A stretch of 64,000 nucleotides of DNA, from positions 128,001 through 192,000 of the forward strand of contig JBBDRK010000049.1 in NCBI GenBank assembly GCA_040905465.1, in the 5' to 3' direction. The stretch's first letter is position 1. The number at the start of each line of letters is the position of its first letter. Position numbers and translations under genes: made by a program. Below, piece after piece: positions 28,480-37,436 of this stretch. The notes beneath the pieces were generated by a model that saw only the letters and a list, made by a program, of their open reading frames with translations, did no database searches and had not been told where the DNA came from. The stretch comes from Trueperaceae bacterium (GTDB taxonomy: Bacteria; Deinococcota; Deinococci; Deinococcales; Trueperaceae).

Positions 28480-29241
28480 CTAATACGCCCGGACGCTTAC
28501 GCCGGCCGATTCGAGCGTCTCCCGGACCGCCTTGGCGATCTCGACCGACTCGGGATTGTCGCCGTGGATGCACAGTGTCTGTGGCTCGAGTACAATGCTG
28601 CCGCCGTCGAGGGTCTCGACCGGCTCGCCCCGCGCCATCCGCAAGGCGCGCTCGCCTGCGAGGCGGGGCTCGCGAATCAGCGAACCGGCAACGCTGCGAG
28701 GAGCAAGCAGACCGTTGGCAAGGTAGCCACGGTCGGGGAACGCCTCGCGAACCACCCACGCCCCTTCGGCCTCTGCCGCCCGCTGCATGGCAGTGCCGGC
28801 CAGAACTACCAGGGGCAGCGAGCGCTGGAAGGCTCTGACCGCGGCTGCCACCGCGCGCGTGAGTTCGTCATCGCCGAGCATCTGCATATAAAGCGCCCCG
28901 TGCGGCTTCACGTGATGGAGCGTGAGCCCCTCCGAGCGGACGAACGCGTCGAGAGCGCCGACCTGATAGAGGACGTCGGCATACGCCTCCTCCGCTGCCA
29001 GGCTCAACTCGCGCCGCCCGAAACCGACCCGGTCGGCATGGCCGGGATGCGCGCCAACGGCGACTCGGTGTTGCCCGGCCAGCCGTACCGAGCGGCGCAT
29101 GGTGAGCGGGTCGCCGGCATGGAAGCCGCACGCGAGATTCACCGAGCTGACCAGCGGGTAGAGTTGCTCGTCTCGTCCCATCGGCCAGGGCCCGAAAGAC
29201 TCGCCGGCGTCGGCATTGATGTCGATAGCGTCTGCCGCCAT
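28480..29241 (-). CDS. pxpA: 5-oxoprolinase subunit PxpA (LamB/YcsF)
   Basis: IDINADAGESFG, NLACGFHAGDP, GAHPG, HVKPHGALY, EAFPDRGY, TLCIHGDNP. Confidence 0.95.
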   Translation of the reverse strand: MAADAIDINADAGESFGPWPMGRDEQLYPLVSSVNLACGFHAGDPLTMRRSVRLAGQHRVAVGAHPGHADRVGFGRRELSLAAEEAYADVLYQVGALDAFVRSEGLTLHHVKPHGALYMQMLGDDELTRAVAAAVRAFQRSLPLVVLAGTAMQRAAEAEGAWVVREAFPDRGYLANGLLAPRSVAGSLIREPRLAGERALRMARGEPVETLDGGSIVLEPQTLCIHGDNPESVEIAKAVRETLESAGVSVRAY

Positions 29242-29430
29242 GCCCTCAGTATCCTCCCGATCGTCCGCAGCCTACGGTAGTCGCTTCGGCCGCTGCAGCG
29301 GTAGCACGAACGCGTGGGCCTTGGGAGGCCGTTGTCCCTGCCGCCGCGAGTTTCGCCGCAAAGAACTGTCCATTCATGCTAGCTTGAAACTGCATACTGA
29401 GGAGTCAGGAACAAGGGGAGGGAGAGACAC

Positions 29431-30408
29431 ATGAAAGTTCTGTTTTCAGGCTTGGCAACGGCGCTCGTGCTACTTGCCGGAACCGCTGCCGCCCAGGACG
29501 ACCGTTTGGTCAATGTGGGCATGGAGGCGGTCGGGACGTTCTCCTGGATCAACTTCGCTATGGAGCACTACGGCATCGATGAGGAGCTCGGCTTCGACAT
29601 CGAAACCACCAGTTATGCGACGAAACAGGCCAAGCAGTTGGCGCTGCAGTCCGGAGAGTCCGACCTGGTTGTCGACGACATCACCGGCGTTGCGCTATGG
29701 CACGAACAGGGGCTCGACGTGAAGGGCGTCTACCCATACAGCCTCGCTACCGGCGGGGTGGTGGTAAGGGCCGACAGCGACATCCATAGTATTGCCGACC
29801 TTCGCGGGCGCACCATCGCCGCCACAGACCTCGGCGACAAGAGCCTGCTGATCCTGCGCTCGCTGGCGGTCGGAGAGCACGGCTTCGACCCACAGGAAGA
29901 CGGCGAAGTCGTGGCCGCCGCGCCACCGCTGATGTCGGAGTTGCTGGCGCGCGGCGAAATCGACGCCGCCATTCCGCCCTGGCACTTCGTCGCCCGAATG
30001 GTCGGCACCGGCGATTTCCGCGAGATCGTCTCGGCAGTGGACATGCTCGGCGAGCTCGGAGCTTCGCAAGACATGCCGATCCTTATGGTCGCCGCGCGCA
30101 CCGACATGGACCCGGCGCTGCTCAGCGACTACCTTCAGGCGATGAACATGACCATCGAACGCATGCGAGGCGACGACGAGATCTTCGAACTGATCCTCGA
30201 GGAGGAGCTTTACAGCCTGCCCGATCGGTCGGTGTTCCCACAGGTGATCGAACGCTGGGAGGCGGGGATTCCGCAACGCTGGGACCAGGACGTGATTGAC
30301 GGTATCGTCGAGCTCATCGACGACATGGTCGACCTGGCGGGAACCGAGGTCGTGGGCGTTCAGGGTGGCGACGCTGACGCGTTCACGGCGGAGTTCAATC
30401 CGGAGTAA
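29431..30408 (+). CDS. NitT/TauT-type ABC substrate-binding protein, PqqT-like (candidate PQQ-binding)
   Basis: Signal peptide; GTFSW..., PYS..GG.VV..DS.I.SIADL.G, DKSLLIL, APPLM.E.L..GEIDA...WHFVAR match my recollection of the PqqT-type SBPs encoded next to PQQ dehydrogenases. Confidence 0.8.
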   Translation: MKVLFSGLATALVLLAGTAAAQDDRLVNVGMEAVGTFSWINFAMEHYGIDEELGFDIETTSYATKQAKQLALQSGESDLVVDDITGVALWHEQGLDVKGVYPYSLATGGVVVRADSDIHSIADLRGRTIAATDLGDKSLLILRSLAVGEHGFDPQEDGEVVAAAPPLMSELLARGEIDAAIPPWHFVARMVGTGDFREIVSAVDMLGELGASQDMPILMVAARTDMDPALLSDYLQAMNMTIERMRGDDEIFELILEEELYSLPDRSVFPQVIERWEAGIPQRWDQDVIDGIVELIDDMVDLAGTEVVGVQGGDADAFTAEFNPE

Positions 30409-30520
30409 CCGTCGTGGCAAGAGAGGGACCGGGACTGGCTGAACCGGGCATGAGCACATGATGGCGCTCTGGCAGCGAACGCGCCGGGACAGTTCATCGT
30501 TTCTACAACCTGAACGATTT

Positions 30521-30552
30521 TCGCGGGACCTCCTGGCCACGAGGTCCCGCGA
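30521..30552. other. Perfect 12-bp stem-loop between the SBP and permease genes (mRNA stability or attenuation)
   Basis: TCGCGGGACCTC-ctggccac-GAGGTCCCGCGA. No following U-tract. Confidence 0.55.
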
Positions 30553-30640
30553 GTCGGCTACGCGAGACACACGCGCTTCTCTCCTGACGCCTCCGCCGGA
30601 TGCGGCCATCGCACGGATTGCGTGATAGCTTTTTAGCGAG

Positions 30641-31507
30641 GTGCCCCGAAGCGAGGTTGGGTTGAGACAGGCAAGCCGGAGCGAGCAGCGGAGCGGGGGC
30701 GAGAACTCGAACCGAGCCGGTAAACGGCCGAAGATCGACCCGCTGACATTGGAGAACTGGCTCTATCGGCCGGCGTCGTTGCTCTCCATCGTCCTGGTCT
30801 GGCTGGTGCTCGCGCGGATACTGGGCGAACAGATACTGCCCGGTCCCGTGAGTACATTCGAGTTCCTGTGGAGTCAATTGGAGCGCGGCGCGTTGACGCG
30901 CCACATAGGCATCACCATGTACCGGGTACTCGTGGCATTCAGCGTCGCCATGGTGCTCGGCGTCGTCCTCGGCATGCTGATGGGTTTATCGCGCGTCGTG
31001 GACCGGCTGATGGAGGCATGGCTGATCGTCGGCCTCACGGTTCCCAGGATAATGCTCTTCGTGGTCGCCTATCTCATGCTCGGCCTCAACGACACCTCCG
31101 CGATCGTCGCACTGGTGTTCACCGTCATTCCCACGATCATCGTGCAGTTGCGCGAGGGCACCCGTGCCGTCGACCAGAAACTGGTGGAGATGGCGCGAGC
31201 CTACCGCCGATCGGACTTCACGATCTGGCGCCAGGTAATCTTCCCCCAACTGCTGCCTTACTTCATCGGAACGGCGCGCGGCGCCTTGTCGCTGGCCTGG
31301 AAGATGGTCATCCTCGCCGAACTGCTGGGGCGAACCAGCGGAGTCGGCTACCAGATCACCTTCTACTTCCAGATGTTCAACATGCGGGGGATCCTTGCCT
31401 ACGGGGTTGCCATGATGCTGGTGCTGGCCGTTATCGACCTGACGTTTGTCGGCCTTACCCAGCGCTTCGGCTTCCGCTGGCGGCGCTCCGGAAGGTACAC
31501 CGGTTAG
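30641..31507 (+). CDS. NitT/TauT-type ABC permease
   Basis: ILPGP, HIGITMYRV, EGTRAVDQKLVEMARAY, AWKMVILAELLG...GVG. Start uncertain. Confidence 0.9.
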   Translation: MPRSEVGLRQASRSEQRSGGENSNRAGKRPKIDPLTLENWLYRPASLLSIVLVWLVLARILGEQILPGPVSTFEFLWSQLERGALTRHIGITMYRVLVAFSVAMVLGVVLGMLMGLSRVVDRLMEAWLIVGLTVPRIMLFVVAYLMLGLNDTSAIVALVFTVIPTIIVQLREGTRAVDQKLVEMARAYRRSDFTIWRQVIFPQLLPYFIGTARGALSLAWKMVILAELLGRTSGVGYQITFYFQMFNMRGILAYGVAMMLVLAVIDLTFVGLTQRFGFRWRRSGRYTG

Positions 31508-31514
31508 TCGCGCG

Positions 31515-32294
31515 ATGGCCGGGATCCTGGTTTCAGGCGTAAGCAAGAGTTACATTCTGCCCGACGGCAGCGAGCGGCAGGCTCTCGACGAGATCGACCT
31601 GAAGATCGACGACGGCGAGTTCGTATGCCTGCTCGGACCCTCGGGCTGCGGCAAGACGACACTGCTGAACATCCTCAGCGGTCTCGACCGCGACTACCGG
31701 GGGAGCGTGGAGTTCACCGGTACCGGGGAGCCGGTATTCAGCTATATGTTCCAGGAGTCTCGGCTGTTGCCCTGGCTCACCGTTCGGGAGAACCTGCGCT
31801 TCGTTCTGGACCAGGAACAGCGAGGACAGCCGGGCCGGACCATGATCGACGACTGGCTCGAGCGGGTCGGCCTGGCAGCCTCCGGCGGAGACTACCCGTC
31901 ACAACTGTCCGTGGGAATGCAGCAGCGCGTGGCGCTGGTCCGGGCGTTGATAGTGGGACCGGAAGCGCTGTACATGGACGAGCCGCTCAGCTCCCTCGAT
32001 GAGCTCACCGCCTCGCAGATGAGGGATGAGTTGCTGGCGCTGTGGCAGGAGCAGTGCCCGACAGTCGTGTTCGTGACCCACAATCCGTTGGAGGCCGTCT
32101 ACCTGGCCGACCGCGTGCTGATAATGAGTCCACGACCCGGGCGCATCATCCGAGAGCTGCGGGTGAGCCAGGAGCTTCCGCGTCCGCGGAGTGCCGAGGA
32201 TGACCGGCTATGGAAACTCTCTCGGCAGTGTGTGCGGATCCTCCGGGGAGAGACGAGCGGGCACCCCGAAGCTGAGTACGAGGTAGGCGGCTGA
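31515..32294 (+). CDS. NitT/TauT-type ABC ATP-binding protein
   Basis: [47 protein letters not shown]. Confidence 0.92.
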   Translation: MAGILVSGVSKSYILPDGSERQALDEIDLKIDDGEFVCLLGPSGCGKTTLLNILSGLDRDYRGSVEFTGTGEPVFSYMFQESRLLPWLTVRENLRFVLDQEQRGQPGRTMIDDWLERVGLAASGGDYPSQLSVGMQQRVALVRALIVGPEALYMDEPLSSLDELTASQMRDELLALWQEQCPTVVFVTHNPLEAVYLADRVLIMSPRPGRIIRELRVSQELPRPRSAEDDRLWKLSRQCVRILRGETSGHPEAEYEVGG

Positions 32295-32448
32295 GCGCGC
32301 CGTCCGGTAGCCGGTACAACCCCGGGAGCACGCACGGTGACGGCACAAGAGCCTTCGGCTCGCGAGCCTAAGCGGTCGGCGATACTTTCTATACCTGAGG
32401 ACCGGTGCTACCATCTCCCCAAAATGAATCGACGAGAGGGGGAGACGC

Positions 32449-33417
32449 ATGCGAAGGTTCTACGTCCTTTTGTTCGTAGCAGTCGGCATGGGTATGTTGC
32501 TGGCCGCCGCGCAGGAGACCGACACCCCGAGCATCGAGGCGGCCGAACACGACCAGCTCGGCAAGTATCTTACCGATTCCGAGGGGCGCGCTCTATATCT
32601 GTTCCGGAACGACGAAAGAGGCGGGCCGAGCACCTGTTACGACGGTTGTGCCGAGAACTGGCCGCCGGTCGTGTTCGAGGGTTCTTTGAGGGCGGGCGAG
32701 GGCGTCGCCGAATCGCTACTGGGCACCGTGGAGCGTGACGACGGTTCGTTGCAGGCTACGTATTACGGCTGGCCGCTCTACTACTTCGCTCGAGACGAAG
32801 CTCCTGGCGATACCAACGGCCAGGGAGCAGGCGACGTATGGTTCCTCGTTTCCCCCTACGGTGAGGCGGTAGAGCCGCGCGACGAGGCGACAGCCGCCGG
32901 TGACGAGGGTGGCAAGCCAGCCGCGGCGGAAGGCGTCGACACCGAGGACGTCACCCAGGACGAAGGCGCGGAGCGCGACGAGGCTGCAGCCGAGCCGGAC
33001 GACGAGGGCGGCAAGCCCGCCGCGGCCAAGGGCGTCGACACCGAGGACGTCACCCAGGACGAAGCGGGCGAGAAGGCGGAGCCCACGGAAGAGGAGGGCG
33101 ACGGGGCAGATGGGGCCGAGACAGAGGAGATACCGAGCGACGTGATGGCCCAGGGTCAAAGCGTCTATCGCGCTAATTGCGCCACCTGCCATGGAGCGGA
33201 AGGTGGCGGCGGCTCGGGGCCCGCCCTGGCGGGCAATTCGCGCCTGGGGAACGAAAGTCGCGTGCTCAACCAGATTCTGAATGGTGGTTCGTTCATGCCG
33301 CCGTTCGGTGGTCAACTCTCCGATGAGGAGGTTGCGGCCGTCGCCACTCACATCCGAAATTCGTGGGGCAACGACTTCGGCCTCACGACTGCCGAGGAGG
33401 TGAGCGAGGCGCGCTAG
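32449..33417 (+). CDS. Secreted COG4315 (Lipoprotein_15 repeat) domain + acidic linker + class I cytochrome c
   Basis: Signal peptide; LTDSEGRALY...CYDGCAENWPP...RDDGSLQATYYGWPLYYF..D..PGD..GQG; CATCH heme motif with MPPF axial Met and IRNSWGN. Confidence 0.88.
   Translation: MRRFYVLLFVAVGMGMLLAAAQETDTPSIEAAEHDQLGKYLTDSEGRALYLFRNDERGGPSTCYDGCAENWPPVVFEGSLRAGEGVAESLLGTVERDDGSLQATYYGWPLYYFARDEAPGDTNGQGAGDVWFLVSPYGEAVEPRDEATAAGDEGGKPAAAEGVDTEDVTQDEGAERDEAAAEPDDEGGKPAAAKGVDTEDVTQDEAGEKAEPTEEEGDGADGAETEEIPSDVMAQGQSVYRANCATCHGAEGGGGSGPALAGNSRLGNESRVLNQILNGGSFMPPFGGQLSDEEVAAVATHIRNSWGNDFGLTTAEEVSEAR
32902..33065 (+). repeat. Direct repeat (99-bp period) encoding DEGGKPAAAxGVDTEDVTQDE twice in the linker
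   Basis: gacgagggtggcaagccagccgcggcggaaggcgtcgacaccgaggacgtcacccaggacgaag versus the near-identical copy from 33001. Confidence 0.85.
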
Positions 33418-33497
33418 GCAGACCAGTGCGTGAATACATCCTCGCAGTGTGACGAATAACCGTACCGATTTCCCTCTCGACGAAAGGAGCAACGAAC

Positions 33498-35192
33498 ATG
33501 GTTCGAACTACTTCGAAAATCAGCCTACGAGGCCTTTTGGCGGCGCTCGTGTGTCTGGCGCTGGCGGCACCGCTGGCCCTGGCGCAGACGGCGGATGAGC
33601 TGCTTGACCCGGATCCGGCCGACTGGCCCACCTACGGCCGCACACTCGACATGGCTCGCTTCAGTCCGCTCGACGAGATCAATCGCGACAACGTAGACAA
33701 CCTGAGGTTGGCCTGGAGCCGTGGGCTTCAGTTCGTAATCGACGCGCAGTTCTCTCCCGTCGTCTACGACGGCGTCATGTATATAAACGCTCCGGATCAG
33801 GTTCAGGCGCTCGACGCGGCCACCGGAGAACTGCTGTGGGATTACGAAGCCGAGCTTCACGAGAACACCCACTTCCTCACCAGCAGCCGCAGCCGCGGCA
33901 GCGTCGTCGTCTTCGACGGAATGGTCTTTCATGCCTTGGGTGACGGTCGGCTCGTCGCGCTCGACGCGCAGAGCGGCGAGGAGTTGTGGAGCACGCCGGT
34001 CGGCCAGATCGAGGTCGGCGAGGGCTTCTCCTCCGGCCCGATATTCGCGGACGGCAAGATCATAGTCGGGCCCTCCGGCGCCGACGCGGGAGGTGCTCCC
34101 GGGCGCGTGCTGGCGCTGGACTCGGAGAACGGCGAGATTCTCTGGACGTTCAACACCGTGCCGCGTCCGGGCGAGCCAGGCTTCGAAACGTGGGACCCGC
34201 CGTCCGCGGCGGAATGGGGCGGCGGCTCCTCCTGGGTCCCCGGCGTCTACGATCCGGAAACTCGGACGGTCATCTACGGAGTCGGGCAGCCGATCCCGTG
34301 GTGGGCCGGCGAGCAGCGCCAAGGCGACAACCTCTACACCTCCAGCTACGTCGCCATGGACGTCGACACCGGTGAGCTCAAGTGGTACCACCAGGTCATA
34401 CCTCAGGACGAGTGGGACTACGACCTCATCAATACGCCGATCATCGCCGACCTGGAGATAGACGGCGAGACCAGGCGTTCAGCCATCATCGCTACCGTCA
34501 CCGGTTTCGTCATCGTTCTCGACGCCGACACCGGCGAGTTCCTGGCCCATCACCAGATGCATCCGGACAACACGGTGCACCTCGGGTACGAGGACGACGG
34601 CACGCCGATCATCGATGACGACATGCGCTGGGCCGCGGACGAGGCGGGCGAATCCCGGACGGTCTGCCCGCTGCGCTGGGTGGACTTCGAGCCGGCGGCG
34701 TTCAACGCCGACACCGGGGTCTACTTCCGCCCGAATACCCACGAGTGCTATGAGATGACCAACGCTCCTCAGCCGGACGACTGGGTCCCCGGCGAGGATC
34801 CGAACAACGCCCAACTCGAGGTCCTGCCCGACTCGTTCGACCGCCTGGGCGGCCTCACGGCGATGGACCCCGTCTCCGGCGACGTGCTGTGGGAGTGGAC
34901 CTTCGGTTACTCTCAGCGTAGCGGCGTCGTCGCTACTGCCGGCGACCTGGTCTTCATGGGCTCGCCCGATCGCGGTTTCCGTGCGTTCGATGCCGAAACG
35001 GGCGACGTACTCTGGCAACAGCGGTTGACCGCCTACATCCAGGCAAACCCGATCACCTACTCGGTAGATGGCAAGCAGTACGTGGCCATTCCGGTAGGCG
35101 GGGAGGGCCCGCTGGTCATTGCGCGCCAGAGCGACCAGCCGCCGATCGTTACCTCCGACGTGTCGATCTTCGTGTTCGCGCTGCCCGACTAG
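33498..35192 (+). CDS. PQQ-dependent dehydrogenase (8-blade propeller), divergent, unknown substrate
   Basis: Signal peptide; DWPTYG...RFSPL.EIN..NV..L.LAW, ALDA.TGE.LW repeats, GGGSSW, DNLYTSS, YHQVIPQDEWDYD, P.TY..DGKQYVA, FVFALP. Confidence 0.9.
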   Translation: MVRTTSKISLRGLLAALVCLALAAPLALAQTADELLDPDPADWPTYGRTLDMARFSPLDEINRDNVDNLRLAWSRGLQFVIDAQFSPVVYDGVMYINAPDQVQALDAATGELLWDYEAELHENTHFLTSSRSRGSVVVFDGMVFHALGDGRLVALDAQSGEELWSTPVGQIEVGEGFSSGPIFADGKIIVGPSGADAGGAPGRVLALDSENGEILWTFNTVPRPGEPGFETWDPPSAAEWGGGSSWVPGVYDPETRTVIYGVGQPIPWWAGEQRQGDNLYTSSYVAMDVDTGELKWYHQVIPQDEWDYDLINTPIIADLEIDGETRRSAIIATVTGFVIVLDADTGEFLAHHQMHPDNTVHLGYEDDGTPIIDDDMRWAADEAGESRTVCPLRWVDFEPAAFNADTGVYFRPNTHECYEMTNAPQPDDWVPGEDPNNAQLEVLPDSFDRLGGLTAMDPVSGDVLWEWTFGYSQRSGVVATAGDLVFMGSPDRGFRAFDAETGDVLWQQRLTAYIQANPITYSVDGKQYVAIPVGGEGPLVIARQSDQPPIVTSDVSIFVFALPD

Positions 35193-35239
35193 GAGGTCGC
35201 TCGGAGGGACATCCGGGCAATCTTCCTGACAGAAACTGG

Positions 35240-35274
35240 AGAGGTGGGATGTCGGTGGCATCCCACCTCTTCTC
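35240..35274 (+). terminator. Strong hairpin after PQQ dehydrogenase 1
   Basis: AGAGGTGGGATGTC-ggt-GGCATCCCACCTCT followed by TCTC. Confidence 0.65.
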
Positions 35275-35323
35275 GCATACTTGGGCCCCCTGCGCTCGAT
35301 CGTAGGAATGGCGGTGCCAGCAA

Positions 35324-37387
35324 ATGAACTCCCTGCGCCGAAGAGGCGGACCTATCGAGATCCCGACACTGCTCGTGGCTCTTCTGTCGGTACTGCTCAT
35401 GAATCCTCACGCTCATGGGCAGAACGGCTGGGAGATGCGTGTCTGCGCCGATCCCGCCGCCTACCCCTTCTCCAGTCGCGAAAGTGCCGGGATCGACAAC
35501 CGGATTGCCCAGATCCTGGCGGACGAACTGTCGGCGGAGCTGAGCTACGTGTGGACGCCGATCAACCTTGGCGCGGTGAGGCAACACCTGCATCCTGGCG
35601 ACTGCGATCTGCTCATGGGAGTGGCCGAAGGCGCCGAGGGCGTGCTGAACACGATTCCCTACTACCAGGCTCCCTTCGTGTTCGTTTACCGGCAAGATTC
35701 CGGCCTCGAGCTGCGGTCGCTGGAAGACGAAAACCTGCGGGAGCTGCGGATAGCTGTGAACCCCAACGGCCTGGCTCAGTTCGCGCTTAGCGAGTTGGGC
35801 CTGGGGGGAAGCGCGGTTACCGTGCGCCCAAACCGCGCCGTACGTGGCGCCGAGCGGATAACGCCTCTCATCGATCGTGTACTGGAGGGGGAGGTAGACG
35901 CGGCGATCGTCTACGGTCCGGAAGCCGCCCCCTTCGTCCGGGAGCACCCGGCCGAGCTGCAGATCGAGCCGGTGACGCCACAGATCGTGCCACCCCTGAT
36001 CCAGATGTTCCGGATCGTGACCATGGGAGTGCGCCCCGGTGACGAGGCGTTCCGGGACCGTCTCAACATCGCACTCGGAAAGCGCTGGGAGGAGATCCAG
36101 GCGGTCTTCGAGGAGTTCGGCGTGCCCCTGACCCAGTTGCCGGCGCCGTTCGTGGCGGAACAGGTTCAGGAAAACCTGATCCGGATCGGGGCCGTCCTGC
36201 CTGTCACGGCGGGCCAGCCGGGGATCAGCGACCCGCTCGGAAACGCTGCCCGATTGGGTGCTCTGATTGCGGAAGACACGATAGCGAGAGGAGCGGCGGC
36301 GAGCGAAGCCGGCGCAGCCAACAGCGCTCCCAAGGTACTGATCGCCAGCAGCCCCAGTGCCGCGGCGGCCGAGAGAGCGGCCGAGCGGATGATAGCAACC
36401 GAGGACGTCGTCGCTATTATCGGTGGATTGGGAAGCGAGCAGGCCTTCGCTTTGAACGGGGTGGCTGCCGAGCGCGACGTGCTGTTCTTCAACCTAGGCG
36501 CCATCGACGCCGAGTTGCGCGGGGCGGAGTGCAGCCGCAACACCTTCCACATCGAGGCGAGCGCGGCCATGTATCTCGACGCGCTGGCCGAGTGGTTCAG
36601 CCAGGCCGGTCATGCTCGCTGGTTGGTCGTATACGAAGGATCGGAGGAGGGCCGCGAGCTCCTGGAGCAAGCTCTACTGGCGGTGGACGGAGTCGACTCC
36701 GAGGTGGTGGGCGAGATCGAGCTGCCGCCGGGACCCGCCGCCTACCAGGAAGGTTTCAGCGCTATCGAGGAGGAGCAAGCCGACCTCGTGTTGCTGTTGC
36801 TGGCTCCGCGCGATCAGGAACTCTTCCTCTCCCAGTACGGTGTCCAGGGGCCGGACGTCACCGTGACCGGCATGCCGTTCCCGGTGATGCAGACCCGCGA
36901 TTACCTCGGGCGACTCCAGCAGTCCGCACCGCCTGGCGCACGTTTCCGGGCAGCACTATGGGATACCACGCTGGCGGACCACGGAGCGGAGGAGCTGAAC
37001 GAGCGCTTCGTCTCTCGCTCGGGAGAGCCGATGGATCCCTCCGGTTGGGCAGCTTACGCCGCGATCCGGATCATCCACCATGCCGCGAACGAGGCGTCGG
37101 GAACGGAGACCGGGCAACTGGTCGACTACCTGGAGAGCCCCGCTGCCGAGTTCAACCTGCACAAGGGACCTGGGACTACCTTTCGTCCACACAACCACCA
37201 ACTGCGGCAACCGCTGTATATGATCGAGTTGGACCCGGATGCGCCGTGGGGACGCGAAGTGTCGAGCCGAATTGCGTTGGCGGATCTCGCCGGGCAGCTT
37301 CCGCGAGAGCCCGACGGCGATGCTTACCTCGAGCGGCTCGACCGGCTGGGCGAAAGCGGGGAGCAGGATTCCTGCGACTTCCAATAG
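35324..37387 (+). CDS. Fusion: XoxJ/MxaJ-like binding domain + PQQ-ADH-system (LutA/PedA1-like) binding domain
   Basis: N-half MRVCADP..YPFS...GIDNRIA.ILA.EL, CDLLMGV, T.PYY, DAAIVYGP.A, MGVRPGD. C-half type I PBP ending GWAAYAAI...HKGPGTTFRPHNHQLRQPLY. Confidence 0.8.
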   Translation: MNSLRRRGGPIEIPTLLVALLSVLLMNPHAHGQNGWEMRVCADPAAYPFSSRESAGIDNRIAQILADELSAELSYVWTPINLGAVRQHLHPGDCDLLMGVAEGAEGVLNTIPYYQAPFVFVYRQDSGLELRSLEDENLRELRIAVNPNGLAQFALSELGLGGSAVTVRPNRAVRGAERITPLIDRVLEGEVDAAIVYGPEAAPFVREHPAELQIEPVTPQIVPPLIQMFRIVTMGVRPGDEAFRDRLNIALGKRWEEIQAVFEEFGVPLTQLPAPFVAEQVQENLIRIGAVLPVTAGQPGISDPLGNAARLGALIAEDTIARGAAASEAGAANSAPKVLIASSPSAAAAERAAERMIATEDVVAIIGGLGSEQAFALNGVAAERDVLFFNLGAIDAELRGAECSRNTFHIEASAAMYLDALAEWFSQAGHARWLVVYEGSEEGRELLEQALLAVDGVDSEVVGEIELPPGPAAYQEGFSAIEEEQADLVLLLLAPRDQELFLSQYGVQGPDVTVTGMPFPVMQTRDYLGRLQQSAPPGARFRAALWDTTLADHGAEELNERFVSRSGEPMDPSGWAAYAAIRIIHHAANEASGTETGQLVDYLESPAAEFNLHKGPGTTFRPHNHQLRQPLYMIELDPDAPWGREVSSRIALADLAGQLPREPDGDAYLERLDRLGESGEQDSCDFQ

Positions 37388-37436
37388 GGTCCGGCCCCCG
37401 CAGCACCCGGTTCAGGAACAGGATGATTGACCCAGG

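Noticed and set aside
28480-28482. Pyrrolysine recoding of the pxpA TAG
   Set aside because: No pyl genes are visible, PxpA ends at its normal length, and a CTG start explains the sequence more simply.
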